Assembly (NCBI GenBank): GCA_020137815.1
Contig: CM035360.1
Location: forward strand, 3,844,001-3,908,000
From: Hormiphora californensis
Taxonomy: Eukaryota; Animalia; Ctenophora
Direction: 5' to 3'
DNA: 64,000 nucleotides
Shown here: piece after piece, positions 62,475 to 64,000 of the stretch
How the letters are laid out: each line of letters begins with the position of its first letter
Position numbering within the stretch: position 1 is the stretch's first letter
Translations under genes and position numbers: made by a program
The notes under the pieces: model-generated
Databases searched by the model: none
What the model saw: the letters and a program-made list of their open reading frames with translations, nothing else
Told to the model about the DNA's origin: nothing

Positions 62475-64000
62475 CAGTCGGACCCCGATTTACCGGGCCC
62501 CGATTTACCGGAACCCCGATTTACCGGGAGGATTTCTTTCCCCCGAATTTTTTTGGCCCATTTTCAACAAAAATTTCAGATTTTCGATTTTTGTGAAATG
62601 TGACCTGATGAGTCTAACTGACTCTCTCCCTCTCTCTCCCTCCATGCCCCCCTAGGTCACGTGACTCGATAAGTCACGTGACTGTGCTAATCACCTACTG
62701 TTGCTAAATTTAGACACTGGCGGCACACACCACCTCGTTATCCGTTACTGGAGAGGTTGGAGGTCTGAGTGCTGACGTATCGACTGTGACGTTCACGTAG
62801 TATATAAGCTGGTCACTTTTCAGTTCAAATCAGTCTACTATGACTTCGATCACTATTTGCAAAGCAGAGCTGACCACTCTCGCTAACATACCCCGATCCG
62901 AAACCGTTGGCAATGATGGCACCCATGATGGCAATCCAATAACTATCCGAAACAGGCAAATGAAGGGAGTAGCTTTGGGTTCCCCCTCAGCTAAATCCCA
63001 GATACTAACCGTTGGCTCAATAAAGGGTTCCCCCTCCTTTAAACAGAGACTCCTTACTTTTGGGACAAATGAGGGTTCACCTTCGTCTAAGAGACCCAGA
63101 GCTGAAGGAGGAAGAGGTGTCTCACCCTCTACTCCCAAACGTTCTAAAGTTCAGACAAATGGTTCACCTTTCATACAGAGACTCCAAGCTGCTGGCAAGA
63201 AAGGAGCCGGGGAGGCGTCACCCTCCACTCCGAAAAGAGTTCGTCTATCAATCGCCCAAAAGCGATCTGTGATATCAAGCTTCAACTCTGGTGTACCCAT
63301 TGCCCAAATTGCAGCCGAATTTGGCATCGGTAAACAGACAGTGAGTGACATCAAAGCCAAAGAATCCCAGTTAGATGCATATGAGATACTATACAGTTGT
63401 AAAAACGACAAGCGGAAGTCGTTAAAGCGTCCTTCTAGAGAGACTGTAGATGAAGCATTGTATGCGTGGGTGAGATCACAGCGTGCAGGAAATGTTCCCC
63501 TGAATGGCATGATCCTCAAGGCAAAAGCAATGTGGTTCAATACTCAGTTGGGCGGCCCTGAATCTTTTCAGGCAGCAAGCGGGTGGCTTTATAGGTTTTG
63601 TCAACGGCATGGCATTACTTTCAAAAAATCATCGGGCGAAGCTCTGGATGCTGACTCAAGTACAGCTGAAGAGTACCGTACCGAGACACTCCCTTCCCTT
63701 TTGGAGACGGAGGGAATCGAGATGGATCAGTTGTTCAATGCTGATGAGACCGGGCTGATATACAGGAAAGCTCCAACTTCCTCTTATGTGTTGGCAGAGG
63801 AGAAGGGAAATTTGCCTGGCCGAAAGCAGGCAAAAGAAAGAGTTACACTGATGGTAGGTGGGAATGCCACGGGAACTATAAAGCTCCCTTTGGTGATGAT
63901 AGGCAAGTCGAAAAAGCCACGATGCTTCAATAAGATGGCTGAGAAGGCAATCCCAGTGCGATATCGGTCACAAAAGAAAGCCTGGATGGATACAGATGTT
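62475..64000 (+). mobile_element. Tigger/pogo DNA transposon (left part) inside a BMS1 intron
   Basis: TA|CAGTCGGACCCCGATTTACC terminus with subterminal repeats, a TATA-like box at ~62801, and a transposase ORF. Confidence 0.9.
62840..64000 (+). CDS. pogo/Tigger transposase (psq-HTH, CENP-B HTH, DDE_1), open to the window end
   Basis: ATG at 62840; RVRLSIAQK...IAAEFGIGKQTVSDI, DEALYAWV...FQAASGWLYRFCQRHGI, LFNADETGL, KERVTLMVGGNATG, IGKSKKPRCF, QKKAWMD. Absent from the ORF track because there is no stop in the window. Confidence 0.93.
   Translation, partial: MTSITICKAELTTLANIPRSETVGNDGTHDGNPITIRNRQMKGVALGSPSAKSQILTVGSIKGSPSFKQRLLTFGTNEGSPSSKRPRAEGGRGVSPSTPKRSKVQTNGSPFIQRLQAAGKKGAGEASPSTPKRVRLSIAQKRSVISSFNSGVPIAQIAAEFGIGKQTVSDIKAKESQLDAYEILYSCKNDKRKSLKRPSRETVDEALYAWVRSQRAGNVPLNGMILKAKAMWFNTQLGGPESFQAASGWLYRFCQRHGITFKKSSGEALDADSSTAEEYRTETLPSLLETEGIEMDQLFNADETGLIYRKAPTSSYVLAEEKGNLPGRKQAKERVTLMVGGNATGTIKLPLVMIGKSKKPRCFNKMAEKAIPVRYRSQKKAWMDTDV

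Noticed and set aside
62603-62630. Hammerhead ribozyme core candidate (CTGATGAG; also 20608)
   Set aside because: No GAAA after stem II and no closing stems.

Overview
Gene-dense, intron-rich animal genomic DNA. The opisthokont insertion in EF-1alpha supports an animal origin; the MITE families and an uncharacterised 'DLE..PL..KT' domain suggest a ctenophore such as Pleurobrachia, which is inference from recollection only. Reconstructed spliced genes: TRAM1-like (+), an unknown gene (-), a secreted single-domain protein (-), a GPI-anchored mini three-finger protein (+), eEF1A (+), a convergent 3xUBA-like + DPPF methyltransferase (-), a possible membrane-protein gene (+), a Ral-like GTPase (+), a PAP2 lipid phosphatase with two alternative 5' exons (+), a secreted 2-domain + Sushi protein (+), a pacifastin/VWC-like peptide (-) and the 3' part of BMS1 (-). 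Mobile DNA includes an intact 6.3-kb RTEX-like non-LTR retrotransposon sitting exactly between two very long (TG)n arrays, a Tigger/pogo transposon with its MITEs, and hAT-, Kolobok- and Chapaev-type non-autonomous elements, several of which abut 5' splice sites. The two best leads are (1) an eEF1A lacking four of the five canonical methyl-lysines, lying tail-to-tail with an EEF1AKMT1-family methyltransferase that carries three UBA-like domains, and (2) the apparently (CA)n-targeting, possibly (CA)n-expanding, RTEX element. Several 1-nt indels in conserved exons suggest residual assembly errors. All gene models were built by eye.
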